This document shows, in pieces, positions 28,806 through 37,620 of a stretch of DNA of 64,000 nucleotides. The stretch comes from an uncultured Gemmatimonadales bacterium (GTDB lineage: Bacteria; Gemmatimonadota; Gemmatimonadetes; Longimicrobiales; RSA9): NCBI GenBank assembly GCA_963798845.1, contig CAWCUS010000001.1:544001-608000 (forward strand). The letters run 5' to 3'. Each line of letters opens with the position of its first letter. Position 1 is the stretch's first letter. The translations under genes and the position numbers were made by a program. The notes beneath the pieces are model-generated. The model worked only from the letters and a program-made list of their open reading frames with translations. It was not told where the DNA came from and searched no databases.

Positions 28806-29228
28806 ATGAAACCCAGAGTGACCGTAATCACCATCGGTGTGGACGACCTGGAGCGAGCGGTGCGCTTCTACCGCGATGGCCTCGGCCTCGAGACCGAGGG
28901 GATCATGGGCAGGGAGTTCGAATACGGGGCCGTCGCGTTCTTCGACCTGGAGGGCGGATCGCGACTGGCGCTCTGGCCTCGCCGGAGCATCGCTCACGAC
29001 AGTGGTCTCCCCCTGAGCGGCCCGAGCCCGACCGAGTTCACGCTCGGCCATAACGTACGCTCAGAGGCAGAGGTCGACGCCGCGATGGAGCAGGCCAGGA
29101 AGGCGGGCGCAGTGATCGTGAAGCCGGCCGCCAAGACATTTTGGGGTGGCTACGCGGGTTACTTCCAGGATCCGGATCAGCACCTGTGGGAGGTTGTGTG
29201 GAACCCACAGGTTCTGCCCGACGAGTGA
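28806..29228 (+). CDS. VOC/glyoxalase family protein
   Basis: 'ITIGVDDLERAVRFY', 'FTLGHNV', 'FWGGYAGYFQDPDQHLWEVVWNP'. Confidence 0.93.
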   Translation: MKPRVTVITIGVDDLERAVRFYRDGLGLETEGIMGREFEYGAVAFFDLEGGSRLALWPRRSIAHDSGLPLSGPSPTEFTLGHNVRSEAEVDAAMEQARKAGAVIVKPAAKTFWGGYAGYFQDPDQHLWEVVWNPQVLPDE

Positions 29229-29250
29229 CGCGCGGCGGCCGCGAGCTCGG

Positions 29251-29754
29251 CTACGTCCGCGGAATTTCACGAACCGTCGACTGCCCCTGGTCCGGAAGCG
29301 GTGCACCGCTCAGGCCCAGCCGCTTCAGGATCGCCGCCTCGTCGTCCTCCACCAGGTGGAAATCGGCCCGGAGCTGGTCGGGGATCGGCTGCGGGCGCCC
29401 GGTCCGGAGATCGACGAAGACCCAGAGCGTCTCGGCGCGGGCGACCACTCGGCGGTCCCGCTCGCGCCAGAAGAGGTAGCGGCGCGTGGAGCGGCTGGCG
29501 CCCAGGTCCGCCACCCACGTGGCGAGGTGGAGGGCGTCGCCCTCGTAGGCGGGCCGCAGGTACTCCACGAAATGGGAGCGAACCACCCACGTGGCGCCGA
29601 TGCCGAAGTAGCGCTCCATGGGCCATCCCCTCGCCGCGGAGTGCGCCACGGCCACCTCCTGCATCCAGCGCAGGTAAGCCGTGTTGTTCACGTGGCGGTT
29701 CTCGTCGATCGCGTCCGCCGCGACTTCGATGGGGATGGCGTGGATGGCCGGCAT
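29251..29754 (-). CDS. Acyl-CoA thioesterase (4HBT-like)
   Basis: 'IDENRHVNNTAYLRW', 'WVVRSHFVEYLRPA', 'ETLWVFVD..TGRP'. Confidence 0.9.
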   Translation of the reverse strand: MPAIHAIPIEVAADAIDENRHVNNTAYLRWMQEVAVAHSAARGWPMERYFGIGATWVVRSHFVEYLRPAYEGDALHLATWVADLGASRSTRRYLFWRERDRRVVARAETLWVFVDLRTGRPQPIPDQLRADFHLVEDDEAAILKRLGLSGAPLPDQGQSTVREIPRT

Positions 29755-29805
29755 GGTGGCGGGAGAGTAGGGGCGCCGCGGGAAGCGATCAAGCGCCCTC
29801 GATGG

Positions 29806-29837
29806 AAAAAGGGCCCCGCCCGGAGGCGGGACCCTTT
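29806..29837 (-). terminator. Intrinsic terminator after the Ig-like lipoprotein gene
   Basis: Minus strand AAAGGGTCCCGCC-TCCG-GGCGGGGCCC-TTTTT: GC stem plus U-tract about 30 bp after the stop codon. Confidence 0.85.
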
Positions 29838-29869
29838 CCCGTTTACGGCTCTTCGATCAGCGCGGCGGC

Positions 29870-32455
29870 TTAGCTGCCGGCTACGATCGTGAGGTTGGAG
29901 TTCGGGTTCGACATGAGCGCGTCACCGTTGTTGTCCACGCCGACGGCGAAGACCGGAACGCCGGCCTGCGTATCCAGGCCTGCCGCGTCGAACGTGGCGT
30001 TGTACTTCCACGTGCGGGTCGTCCCGTCATCGGACGTCGACACGCTGGAAGCGGTCCCGATCAGGTGGTACTCGGCCCCGTCCCAATAGTAGAAGTAGAC
30101 CTTCGAGAACGGGTTGTCGAACGTCCCCGTCTCGCCATTTGCGTACGCAGTGATCGTACGGGTCGTGGGCGTCGTGCCGCAGTCACCGTCGTCGTTGCAC
30201 ACGTTCTGAGCGGCCGACGGAATGGCGACCGCAAACGTGTTGGTGGCGTCGAGCGCGTCCACGCCGTCGCTCGCCGGAACCGTGGAGAACGCCTGCGACT
30301 GGGTCGTGGCGTTGCCGACCATGTCCTCGACCAGGTAGCGGACGTCCGTCACCGCGTGCATGTTCGCGGCGGCGTAGGCGTTGCCCGCATCCACCCAGTA
30401 CAGCGCGCGGATGAACGGGATCGCCTCGTTCAGCGAAACGCTCGTGGTGAACGTGTCGTAGCCGTACGTGCCATAGTCCGAGCCAGGCCCGAACCAGAGC
30501 TCATCCAGGCCCGTGGTGGGCGTGGCGCCGTTGAACACCAGGCGGGCCTGCGCCGACGCCACGTCGATGTTGTCACCGCCGAGCGCCGTGAACGTGGTGC
30601 TCGCGCCACCGGTCAGCGTGGCCGGAATCGCGATGTTGCTCAGCGTCGGGACGCTCGTGTCGAGCAGCGTCACGCGCGACAGCGTCGCGGACATGTTGCC
30701 CGCCTGATCCTGCGAGAACACGTTCAGCACGTAGTAGCCGTCAGCGGCCGGACCGGCGACGGTGCCGGCGTTGGTCACGTACTGGCAGCCCTTGCTCGAG
30801 CTGTACGAGCCGACCACGCAGCCGGCCGAAGCGCTCAGGCTCGGGAAGTGCCGGACCACCGTGACGTGGTACTGCATGCCGTCGAAGCCGCTGATGTCAT
30901 CCGTCGAGCTGAACACCCAGTTGGCCAGCGGAGACGTATCGAAGCCGCTCATGTCCTTCGGGCCCGACTCGATCTTGACCGTCGGAGCCACCAGGTCCAC
31001 ACCGAACGCGTTGTCCAGCAGCGTGTTCGGGGTGATGAGCAGGACGTAGCTCGTGTTCTCGAGCGCGTCCATCACAACCGCTGCGGCCATGTACGTCGTG
31101 TTGACGTCGGAAGCCGGGATCTCGGAACCGGCCTCCACGGCCGTGCCCTCGTCGGCGATCTGCATGGCCTGCTCGACCGTCGTGCCAGCGTCGACGTCGG
31201 CCGCGTCCATGTAGAAGAACTGGACGGTGACGTTGTCCACGCCCGCGTCGTCCTCGGCATCCTTGCCGTCGGCGAACGCGTAGTCACCGTTGATCCACGC
31301 GTTGCTGGAAGGCGTGACCAGGTCGAGCGTGCCGGCGTCCGGAGCCTCGGTGTCGAGGCGGATCGCCTCTGTCCAGTCGTTCTCGCCCTGCTGTCCGCCC
31401 TCGGTCACGCTCGTGACGTAGACCTGCCAGGAGGAATCCGTGACGTCGCCGATGCCATCGGCAGCGTCGGTGGCGTCGAACGTGGCGGAGAAGCCATCGC
31501 TGCCATCTTCATCCGTGATGGCGTCGCCGTCATCCGGGTTGAAGGTGACGCGCGCGATCGCCATGTCGCCACCGGAGTAGCTGACCGGGATTCCCGTCAC
31601 CGTGACGTCGCCGCCGTTCCACACCAGGCCGGTGTTCTCGTTGATCGCGTCGCGCTCGGACGTGATCGTCGTGGCGATGAAGTCGTCGTTGTTGAACGTG
31701 AGGCCGGCGCGGGAAGCCGCGTCCACGACCTCGCCGTCCTTCGACAGCTGGGCCTTGATGGTGTACTCCCCGTTCGCGTAGTTCGGCACGCCGTAGCCGT
31801 CCACGACGTCGAACGAACCCGTGTTGATCGAGCAGACCACCTCGGCCTGCGCGCCCACCATGCGGATCGAGAGACCATCGACCGTGATCGCGCCCGTGGC
31901 GCCGAACGTCTGCGTGCAGCTCGAAACCGGCTCGTCGTTGAGCAGGACCTCGAGCTTGTCCGCATCCGCGCGGTCGACCGCGAGGGAGATGTCGATCTGG
32001 CCGTAGATGTCGTTCGGATCGACGGGCTCGTTCGTGACGTACTGCGTGATCGAGTTGATCACGATCGACGCCGTGTCACCACCGCCCGGGATCACCTGCG
32101 GCGCGACCGTGACGCCCACACCGGCCTGCACCGACGGATCGGCGGCGGCCGTGGCGATGATCGTGGCCGTGCCCTCGGCGACTGCCGTCACCAGGCCGCT
32201 ACCATCGACCGTCGCGACGCTGGAGTTCGACGAGGAGAAAGTGACGGACTTGTTGTCCGAATTGGAAACCGTCGCCACCACCTGCTGCGACTGCCCGACC
32301 TTCAGACTGAGGGTCGCGGGCGTCACCGTGATGGTGATCGCGGGCTCCGGCTGAGGCGGCACGTTGGTGACATTGTCACCGCACGCCGTCAGGCCGAACG
32401 CCGCGATGGCGGCGAGGGCTACGCCCCGCAACCAAGGGGTCCGAGCGTTCATCAT
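29870..32455 (-). CDS. Large acidic Ig-like (Big_2) surface lipoprotein, S-layer/adhesin candidate
   Basis: GGAGG RBS; lipobox 'LTAC'; Big_2 'ITVTPATLSLKVGQSQQV...SSSNSSVATVDGSGLVTAVAEGTATI'; further 'DTEAP', 'DLVAP', 'DTSVP' Ig-type junctions; D/T/N/V-rich. Confidence 0.85.
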   Translation of the reverse strand: MMNARTPWLRGVALAAIAAFGLTACGDNVTNVPPQPEPAITITVTPATLSLKVGQSQQVVATVSNSDNKSVTFSSSNSSVATVDGSGLVTAVAEGTATIIATAAADPSVQAGVGVTVAPQVIPGGGDTASIVINSITQYVTNEPVDPNDIYGQIDISLAVDRADADKLEVLLNDEPVSSCTQTFGATGAITVDGLSIRMVGAQAEVVCSINTGSFDVVDGYGVPNYANGEYTIKAQLSKDGEVVDAASRAGLTFNNDDFIATTITSERDAINENTGLVWNGGDVTVTGIPVSYSGGDMAIARVTFNPDDGDAITDEDGSDGFSATFDATDAADGIGDVTDSSWQVYVTSVTEGGQQGENDWTEAIRLDTEAPDAGTLDLVTPSSNAWINGDYAFADGKDAEDDAGVDNVTVQFFYMDAADVDAGTTVEQAMQIADEGTAVEAGSEIPASDVNTTYMAAAVVMDALENTSYVLLITPNTLLDNAFGVDLVAPTVKIESGPKDMSGFDTSPLANWVFSSTDDISGFDGMQYHVTVVRHFPSLSASAGCVVGSYSSSKGCQYVTNAGTVAGPAADGYYVLNVFSQDQAGNMSATLSRVTLLDTSVPTLSNIAIPATLTGGASTTFTALGGDNIDVASAQARLVFNGATPTTGLDELWFGPGSDYGTYGYDTFTTSVSLNEAIPFIRALYWVDAGNAYAAANMHAVTDVRYLVEDMVGNATTQSQAFSTVPASDGVDALDATNTFAVAIPSAAQNVCNDDGDCGTTPTTRTITAYANGETGTFDNPFSKVYFYYWDGAEYHLIGTASSVSTSDDGTTRTWKYNATFDAAGLDTQAGVPVFAVGVDNNGDALMSNPNSNLTIVAGS

Positions 32456-32705
32456 ACCTCCGAGTGTTGATTGGTCATTCCCTGCCGTGGCAGGGTCTCG
32501 TGCTCTCGGCGCTTTTCCGGGCGCCGCCGGTGGGGCTCCATCACCCCGGATCCTGCTGGACCTGCGCGGCAGGCCCGTTCACTCCCGTACGGCGACTCTT
32601 CGCGTCTCCTCCTGTCCTCTCGGGTGAGAAAAAGCCGAGCATCAATGCTCGCGCGTGAGATTTCGCCTGGGGAAAGGGCGGGTGGCCGAACGGTCACGCC
32701 AACCC

Positions 32706-32734
32706 TGTAACGAGTCGGATTCCTGGTTTCTTAC
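32706..32734 (-). promoter_or_regulatory. Candidate ECF promoter GTAAG-N17-CGTT upstream of the Ig-like lipoprotein gene
   Basis: GTAAGAAACCAGGAATCCGACTCGTTACA; matches the copy at 33633-33661. Confidence 0.65.
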
Positions 32735-33591
32735 TTCCGGTCCGTGGTGCCGGTCGCATCGGGCCGCCCGCCCATGTCCACGACCGCGCTCCAGTCCGCG
32801 CCGAGATCCACCGGCCGGACGTCCAGCACCTGCTCTCCCGCGACCCGCACCCGCAGCCGCTCCAGCCGCGCCGGCACCGTCACCTCGTAGGCCGCCGCGG
32901 CCCTCTTCCGGTTGTCGATGGTCAGCGCCGTGGGCAGCACCATCATGTCCGCCTCGCCGTCACCGCCGCGCACCCGCGCGCTCACCGTCGGAGCGTCCGA
33001 GAGGCGGAACGTCAGCGTAGCGCCTTCCTGCCGGGCGAGGACCTCGACCTCCATGGCATCGCCCGAAGGACGGAAAGCGACGATCGCTCCCGTAGTGGCC
33101 AGCGCCCGCGCACCGGCGGCGGCCGTGTCCGACTGCACGACGGCTGGCGCCGGCACGCCCGCCAGACGACCCAGGAGACCGGCCATCCAGTGGCCGACCG
33201 GGGTGGCGGTCACGACCATGGCGCTGCCGGCCACGAGCACGCCGGCCACGGCGGCCGCCCGGGCCAGGGGTGCGAGGGGCGCCCAGCGGGGACGGAAGCG
33301 CGTGGAGTGCTTCCGTTCCGCCGCCTTGCTCGCCGCCGCGTGCCGCACGGCCGCCAGGCTGGCCGCCCGGCGCACCGGATCGGGGGCGGCGGCGGGGAGG
33401 TCGGAAAGGGCGACATCGAGACGGTCGGCCGCCTCTCGCCAGCTTTCCAGCCGCCCTGCACACGCGGGGCACTCATTCACATGAGCCGCTGCCGATGCGC
33501 GCTCCTCGACGTCCATCTCCTCCGCCATGAGGCGGAGGAGATCTCCGTTGTCGAGGTGTGGATCGGGCCGTCTCATGTCTCTCCCGTTCAT
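32731..33591 (-). CDS. zf-HC2 type transmembrane anti-sigma factor
   Basis: HxxxCxxC 'HVNECPAC', one TM segment, periplasmic beta domain; directly downstream of the ECF sigma gene. Confidence 0.8.
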   Translation of the reverse strand: MNGRDMRRPDPHLDNGDLLRLMAEEMDVEERASAAAHVNECPACAGRLESWREAADRLDVALSDLPAAAPDPVRRAASLAAVRHAAASKAAERKHSTRFRPRWAPLAPLARAAAVAGVLVAGSAMVVTATPVGHWMAGLLGRLAGVPAPAVVQSDTAAAGARALATTGAIVAFRPSGDAMEVEVLARQEGATLTFRLSDAPTVSARVRGGDGEADMMVLPTALTIDNRKRAAAAYEVTVPARLERLRVRVAGEQVLDVRPVDLGADWSAVVDMGGRPDATGTTDRK

Positions 33592-33632
33592 CCGGCGCGC
33601 CTGCGGAGGCCGTCGTTCCCTTCTTCCGGGCG

Positions 33633-33661
33633 TGGAACGAGTGGGCGTGGCGGATTCTTAC
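33633..33661 (-). promoter_or_regulatory. Candidate ECF promoter GTAAG-N17-CGTT between sigma and anti-sigma genes
   Basis: GTAAGAATCCGCCACGCCCACTCGTTCCA. Confidence 0.65.
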
Positions 33662-33677
33662 ATGGCGCAGGGGCCGC

Positions 33678-34214
33678 TCAGAGTAGCTCCTTCGCCTCGG
33701 GCGCGAGCTCGTTGGAGAGGTGCTTCAGGGCGCGGGCGAGGAGGACGCCGACCGACTTGGGATTGACGCCGAGCGTCTCGGCGATCTCGCGGTGCTTGAA
33801 TCCCTCCTGCTGCATGAGCAGGAGCGTGCGCTCCTTGAGGGAGAGCCGGTCGAGGGCGGCGCGCACCGTGCGGCGACGCTCCTCGGCCTCGAGCTGGCCA
33901 TCCGGATGGACGGGCGGATCGGCCATGGGGAGGGCGTCGCCGGACCCCCGGAGCAGGGTGAGCCGCCGCGACCGCACGCGGGCGCGATCCCGGACCAGAT
34001 TGGTCGCCACCGTGAAGAGCCAGGCGCGTGGGTTCGCGCGGTCGGGAGCGCGGTCGACCCAGCGGATGAACGTCTCCTGGGCGATGTCAGCGGCCAGGTC
34101 CCGGTCGTCCGTGAGGCGGACGAGGTAGGCGAAGATCTCGTCGTGGTGGGCCTCGAACAGCCGCTCCACGTCGCGACCGAACGGCCGGTCAGAATCCAAA
34201 GTGAACTCCCGCAA
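33678..34214 (-). CDS. ECF RNA polymerase sigma factor
   Basis: Region 2 'LAADIAQETF...RAWLFTVATNLVRD'; region 4 'GFKHREIAETLGV...VGVLLARA'. Confidence 0.93.
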   Translation of the reverse strand: MREFTLDSDRPFGRDVERLFEAHHDEIFAYLVRLTDDRDLAADIAQETFIRWVDRAPDRANPRAWLFTVATNLVRDRARVRSRRLTLLRGSGDALPMADPPVHPDGQLEAEERRRTVRAALDRLSLKERTLLLMQQEGFKHREIAETLGVNPKSVGVLLARALKHLSNELAPEAKELL

Positions 34215-36684
34215 GCGGGAGCCGGGGGATGCCGGCCTTGAAGCGGTCCTGGAGCACCTGGCCGGCGGCGCACGCGGCCGGGGGCCCCGCCTCCTGGCAG
34301 CGGTCGACGGTGCCCGCGTACGTGATCCGGTTGGCGGCGCCGAGCACGTTGAGCACGTGGAGGTAGGCGCTCAGGCTCCAGCGTCCCATGTCACGTCCGT
34401 ACTCCACCATCAGGTCGAGGCTGTGATACGTCGGGGTGCGGCTGCCGTTCGCGAGCTCGAGGCGCGGCACCGAGTCGACGATCACGCGCGTGAACGGGAC
34501 TCCGGACGCGTATGAGCCGGCGGCGCCCACGCGCCAGTGGGCGTCGAGACGGTAGGACGCGGACGCGTCCAGGCTGTGGCGGATGTCGGCGGACGACGGG
34601 TACTCGATGGAATCGGCGCTCATCTGCGCGCCCGCCAGGGCGTAGCCGAGCGACCCTGTCCACCGCCCGGCCAGCCGGCGGACGGAGAGCTCCAGCCCGC
34701 GCGCCGCGCTCTCCGCCTCCACGTGAGAGCGGTCCGCCCGGAGCGTCCCGGCGGAGGGATCCGGCTCGGTGAGGCCGCTCATCGTCCTATGGTAGACGTT
34801 GGCGGCCAGGAGCCACGTTCTTCCCAGCCACAGCTCAGTCCCCGCCGTGGCCATCTCGGCGCGCACCGCCGGGTAGCCTCGCCCGGCCAGCACCCACAGG
34901 TTGCTCAGATGGAGCTCGGGGCCCAGCGGCCCGGCCGTCGCCCCGATCGCCTGGATGTACTGCGACGAGCGCCCCCAGCCGGCCGAGAAGGAGAGCTCGG
35001 GCGTGGCCTGCCAGCGCGCCTGGAGCCGGGGGAGCACGATCCGCTCGCCGCCGTTGCGCACGGAGTCCCCGCTCTCGACACGGAGTCCGGTCTCCAGCTG
35101 CAGCCCATCGATCGGCTCCACGCGCACTTCGCCCCACGCGGCCCGGTAGTCCAGCGATGCCGTGAGCTGGAACGGGATGCGGCCCAGCGAATCGGAGACC
35201 AGCCCGGGGATCCCCTGGCCGATGAGGGAGAAGGGGCCATCGTAGCGGACCCGGTCCTTCACCATCTCGTAGCCGAACGACCACTGCAGGCGCGGCGTCC
35301 AGGCGATCCCCGACGCCGCCCCCACGCTCCACAGGTCGTGGTCGATGCCATTCTCGAGCGCCGGGAGCGTGACCGCATCGGCGTCGGCGCCGAGGGTCTG
35401 CGTCGCCCGCCACTCCTCGTCCACCACCGTGCTGAAGCGCGTGGCGCCGCGCGTGGCGCTGAACCGTACCCACGGAAGCGGAAGGCGGAGCGTGACCTGC
35501 CCCATGCGGTTGCCCCAGCGCCCGTCGTTGTTCACCAGCAGGCCGGGGATGTCGCCGCGCAGCCGGTCCATCTCCCGCAGCCCGCTGGCCTCCACCTTCA
35601 GCGGACCGAGGTCGAGGTCCGCGCGCGCCGTGATGTCCGCGAAGTCGTACGGCACGCGAAGGTCCGAGCGGGGATTGAAGTAGTGCCACGCGTCGGCCAG
35701 GAAGTCGACGTACGTGCGCCGGGCCGCGACCATGTACGACCCCAGCCCCGCCACTCCGCCGTCCGCCTGCAGCTGCGCGCTCACCAGCGACAGATCCGCG
35801 GACCCGTTCAGCCAGCGGTCCCGGCTCCCCGTCCGCGACTCCAGGTCCAGCACCCCCGCCGCGCCCGGACCCGAGCGCGCCGGCCGCACCCCGGGCTGGT
35901 ACGTGACCTTGCCCACGCCGTTCGGGCTGATCGACGAGAACAGCGAGCCGGCGTGCGTGGGGTTGAACAGAGGAAGCCCGTCGAAGTAGACTCGGGTCTG
36001 CGCCCAGTCCGCGCCGCGCGTCCAGAGCACCGCCGTGTAGTCGTCCCGGCGGCCGACCCCGGGGATCCGCTGGAGGGCGCGGAACAGGTCCGTCTCCCCG
36101 AGCGTGATCGCCTCGGATACGTCCCCCGCGGTGAGACTCCGCACATCCGAGCTCAGGTACTCCGCCCGCCTCACCGCCACCGCCGCCAGGCGCGCACCCA
36201 CCCGCTCCGCCTCCGGCGAACGCGTGCGAGGGAACGGCTGCGCCGGCTCGTGCCGCACCGCCAGCACCCCCAACGGAATCGGCGACACCCTCAAGCCTAC
36301 GGTCAGGCGCCCGCTGGCCCCGCCGAGCAGCTCCACCTCCACGGTCCGGCGCGCGTACCCGGGGCGGTCCACGTGCAGCCAGTACTTCCCCGCGTCCACA
36401 GCGTCGAACAGGTAGGCCCCCAACGAGTCCGTCAGCGTCTCCCGCAGGATCGTTCCCAGCGGCTCGCCCGAAGCCGCCGGCGACAGATCGCGCGGGACGT
36501 CCCGCGGCTCCAGCGCCACGCGCGCCCCCCACAGCGGCTTCCCGTCGGCCGCGTCCACCACCCTTCCCGCGATCGTCCCGCGCAGCACGAGCGCCGCGGA
36601 GCGCATCCCCGTCTGCGCCGCCACCCCCCGCGTCCATGCGCAGCTCGCCACCAGCGCCAGTCCCACGTACAGACACACCCGCAT
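34189..36684 (-). CDS. TonB-dependent receptor with N-terminal carboxypeptidase-regulatory-like domain
   Basis: Signal peptide; 'GTIAGRVVDA'; plug 'DLFRALQRIPGV...TRG....QTRVYFDGLPLFNPTH'; 'ARRTY'; C-terminal aromatic 'GVHFGF'. Confidence 0.88.
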   Translation of the reverse strand: MRVCLYVGLALVASCAWTRGVAAQTGMRSAALVLRGTIAGRVVDAADGKPLWGARVALEPRDVPRDLSPAASGEPLGTILRETLTDSLGAYLFDAVDAGKYWLHVDRPGYARRTVEVELLGGASGRLTVGLRVSPIPLGVLAVRHEPAQPFPRTRSPEAERVGARLAAVAVRRAEYLSSDVRSLTAGDVSEAITLGETDLFRALQRIPGVGRRDDYTAVLWTRGADWAQTRVYFDGLPLFNPTHAGSLFSSISPNGVGKVTYQPGVRPARSGPGAAGVLDLESRTGSRDRWLNGSADLSLVSAQLQADGGVAGLGSYMVAARRTYVDFLADAWHYFNPRSDLRVPYDFADITARADLDLGPLKVEASGLREMDRLRGDIPGLLVNNDGRWGNRMGQVTLRLPLPWVRFSATRGATRFSTVVDEEWRATQTLGADADAVTLPALENGIDHDLWSVGAASGIAWTPRLQWSFGYEMVKDRVRYDGPFSLIGQGIPGLVSDSLGRIPFQLTASLDYRAAWGEVRVEPIDGLQLETGLRVESGDSVRNGGERIVLPRLQARWQATPELSFSAGWGRSSQYIQAIGATAGPLGPELHLSNLWVLAGRGYPAVRAEMATAGTELWLGRTWLLAANVYHRTMSGLTEPDPSAGTLRADRSHVEAESAARGLELSVRRLAGRWTGSLGYALAGAQMSADSIEYPSSADIRHSLDASASYRLDAHWRVGAAGSYASGVPFTRVIVDSVPRLELANGSRTPTYHSLDLMVEYGRDMGRWSLSAYLHVLNVLGAANRITYAGTVDRCQEAGPPAACAAGQVLQDRFKAGIPRLPLAGVHFGF

Positions 36685-37069
36685 CAGCGCCCGGATGGGC
36701 GCGATGCCTGCAGCGTTGCCGGCGGGTGACGATGGGAGCACGACCTGCTGGCCCGGGTCAGCATAAAAGCACGACGGCCTCGCGGCCTGTCCTGTACGAC
36801 GCGCCGAAATGTGCACTCGCGACATCTGCGTCACAAGGGGGAAAGCGATGCGAAACGACCTATTCCGCGGCGGCCTGACCCGGGGGGATCGAAGCAGGAT
36901 GACCGGCCACGCGCGCGCTTCCGGCCCGCAGCACCTCCAATAGTGAGCTAGTGGGCCCCACAGCAGATCAATGTAGATGCGGCGGGCGAGTGGAGGAAGT
37001 GCGGGGACGGGTCAGCCGGTGGCAGGTGACGGTCGGATCGGCGACGGGGCGAGCAGGGGGGAGGGGTGG

Positions 37070-37441
37070 TCAGCCGTGGGGTGAGGCGACGGGTGGGGGA
37101 CGAACGGGGTGGTGCGGGGGCGAGGGAGCGACGATGGTTCGGCCGCGGAGCTCGTGGTCGATTGCGGCGAGGACCTCCTCGTCGGTGATCCAGCCGTCGT
37201 CCCAGAGCGCGGTGAACGCGTTGCGGGCGCGGCCGAGGCGGTCGCGGCGGACGGAGCCCGGGGCGCCTGCCTTGTAGGAGATGACGCAGCCGGTCCAGCT
37301 GCCGCGCAGGACGCGGCCGTTGGCGAGGTCGTCCCTGAGCTGGACCAGGCCGTCGAAGCTGAACTCGGCCAGCTCGGCGCCGAGCTCCGTCGCGGCGGTG
37401 TTCCGGTGCTGTTCGGTGCAGCGCTCGAGCGAGTATTGCAT
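37070..37441 (-). CDS. Small hypothetical protein
   Basis: Non-random ORF 'MQYSLERC...GSWTGCVISYKAGAPGSVRRDRLGRARNAFTALWDDGW' with host-like codon usage. Confidence 0.6.
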   Translation of the reverse strand: MQYSLERCTEQHRNTAATELGAELAEFSFDGLVQLRDDLANGRVLRGSWTGCVISYKAGAPGSVRRDRLGRARNAFTALWDDGWITDEEVLAAIDHELRGRTIVAPSPPHHPVRPPPVASPHG

Positions 37442-37620
37442 CGGCGTCGGGGTTCGCGGTGCGTCGGGGATGGGGGCGGTGCAGAGGGCGTGCCGGGAAA
37501 GCGGAAAGTGACGCGAGAGCCGAAAGTCCGAAGGCCGGTCCGGTCGCGACCGCCCGGTCGACCAGCGGGCTTCGCCGAAGAGGGTGGGCGAAGCAAAGCG
37601 TGCACACGTAGTATTCATGC

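Noticed and set aside
23870..29250. tRNA-anchored genomic island
   Set aside because: The accessory-looking ECF cluster lies on the 5' side of the tRNA; no integrase or duplicated tRNA 3' end was seen.
37030..37130. G-rich run as a functional G-quadruplex
   Set aside because: It mostly coincides with the Pro-rich C-terminal codons of the minus-strand ORF and has irregular spacing.
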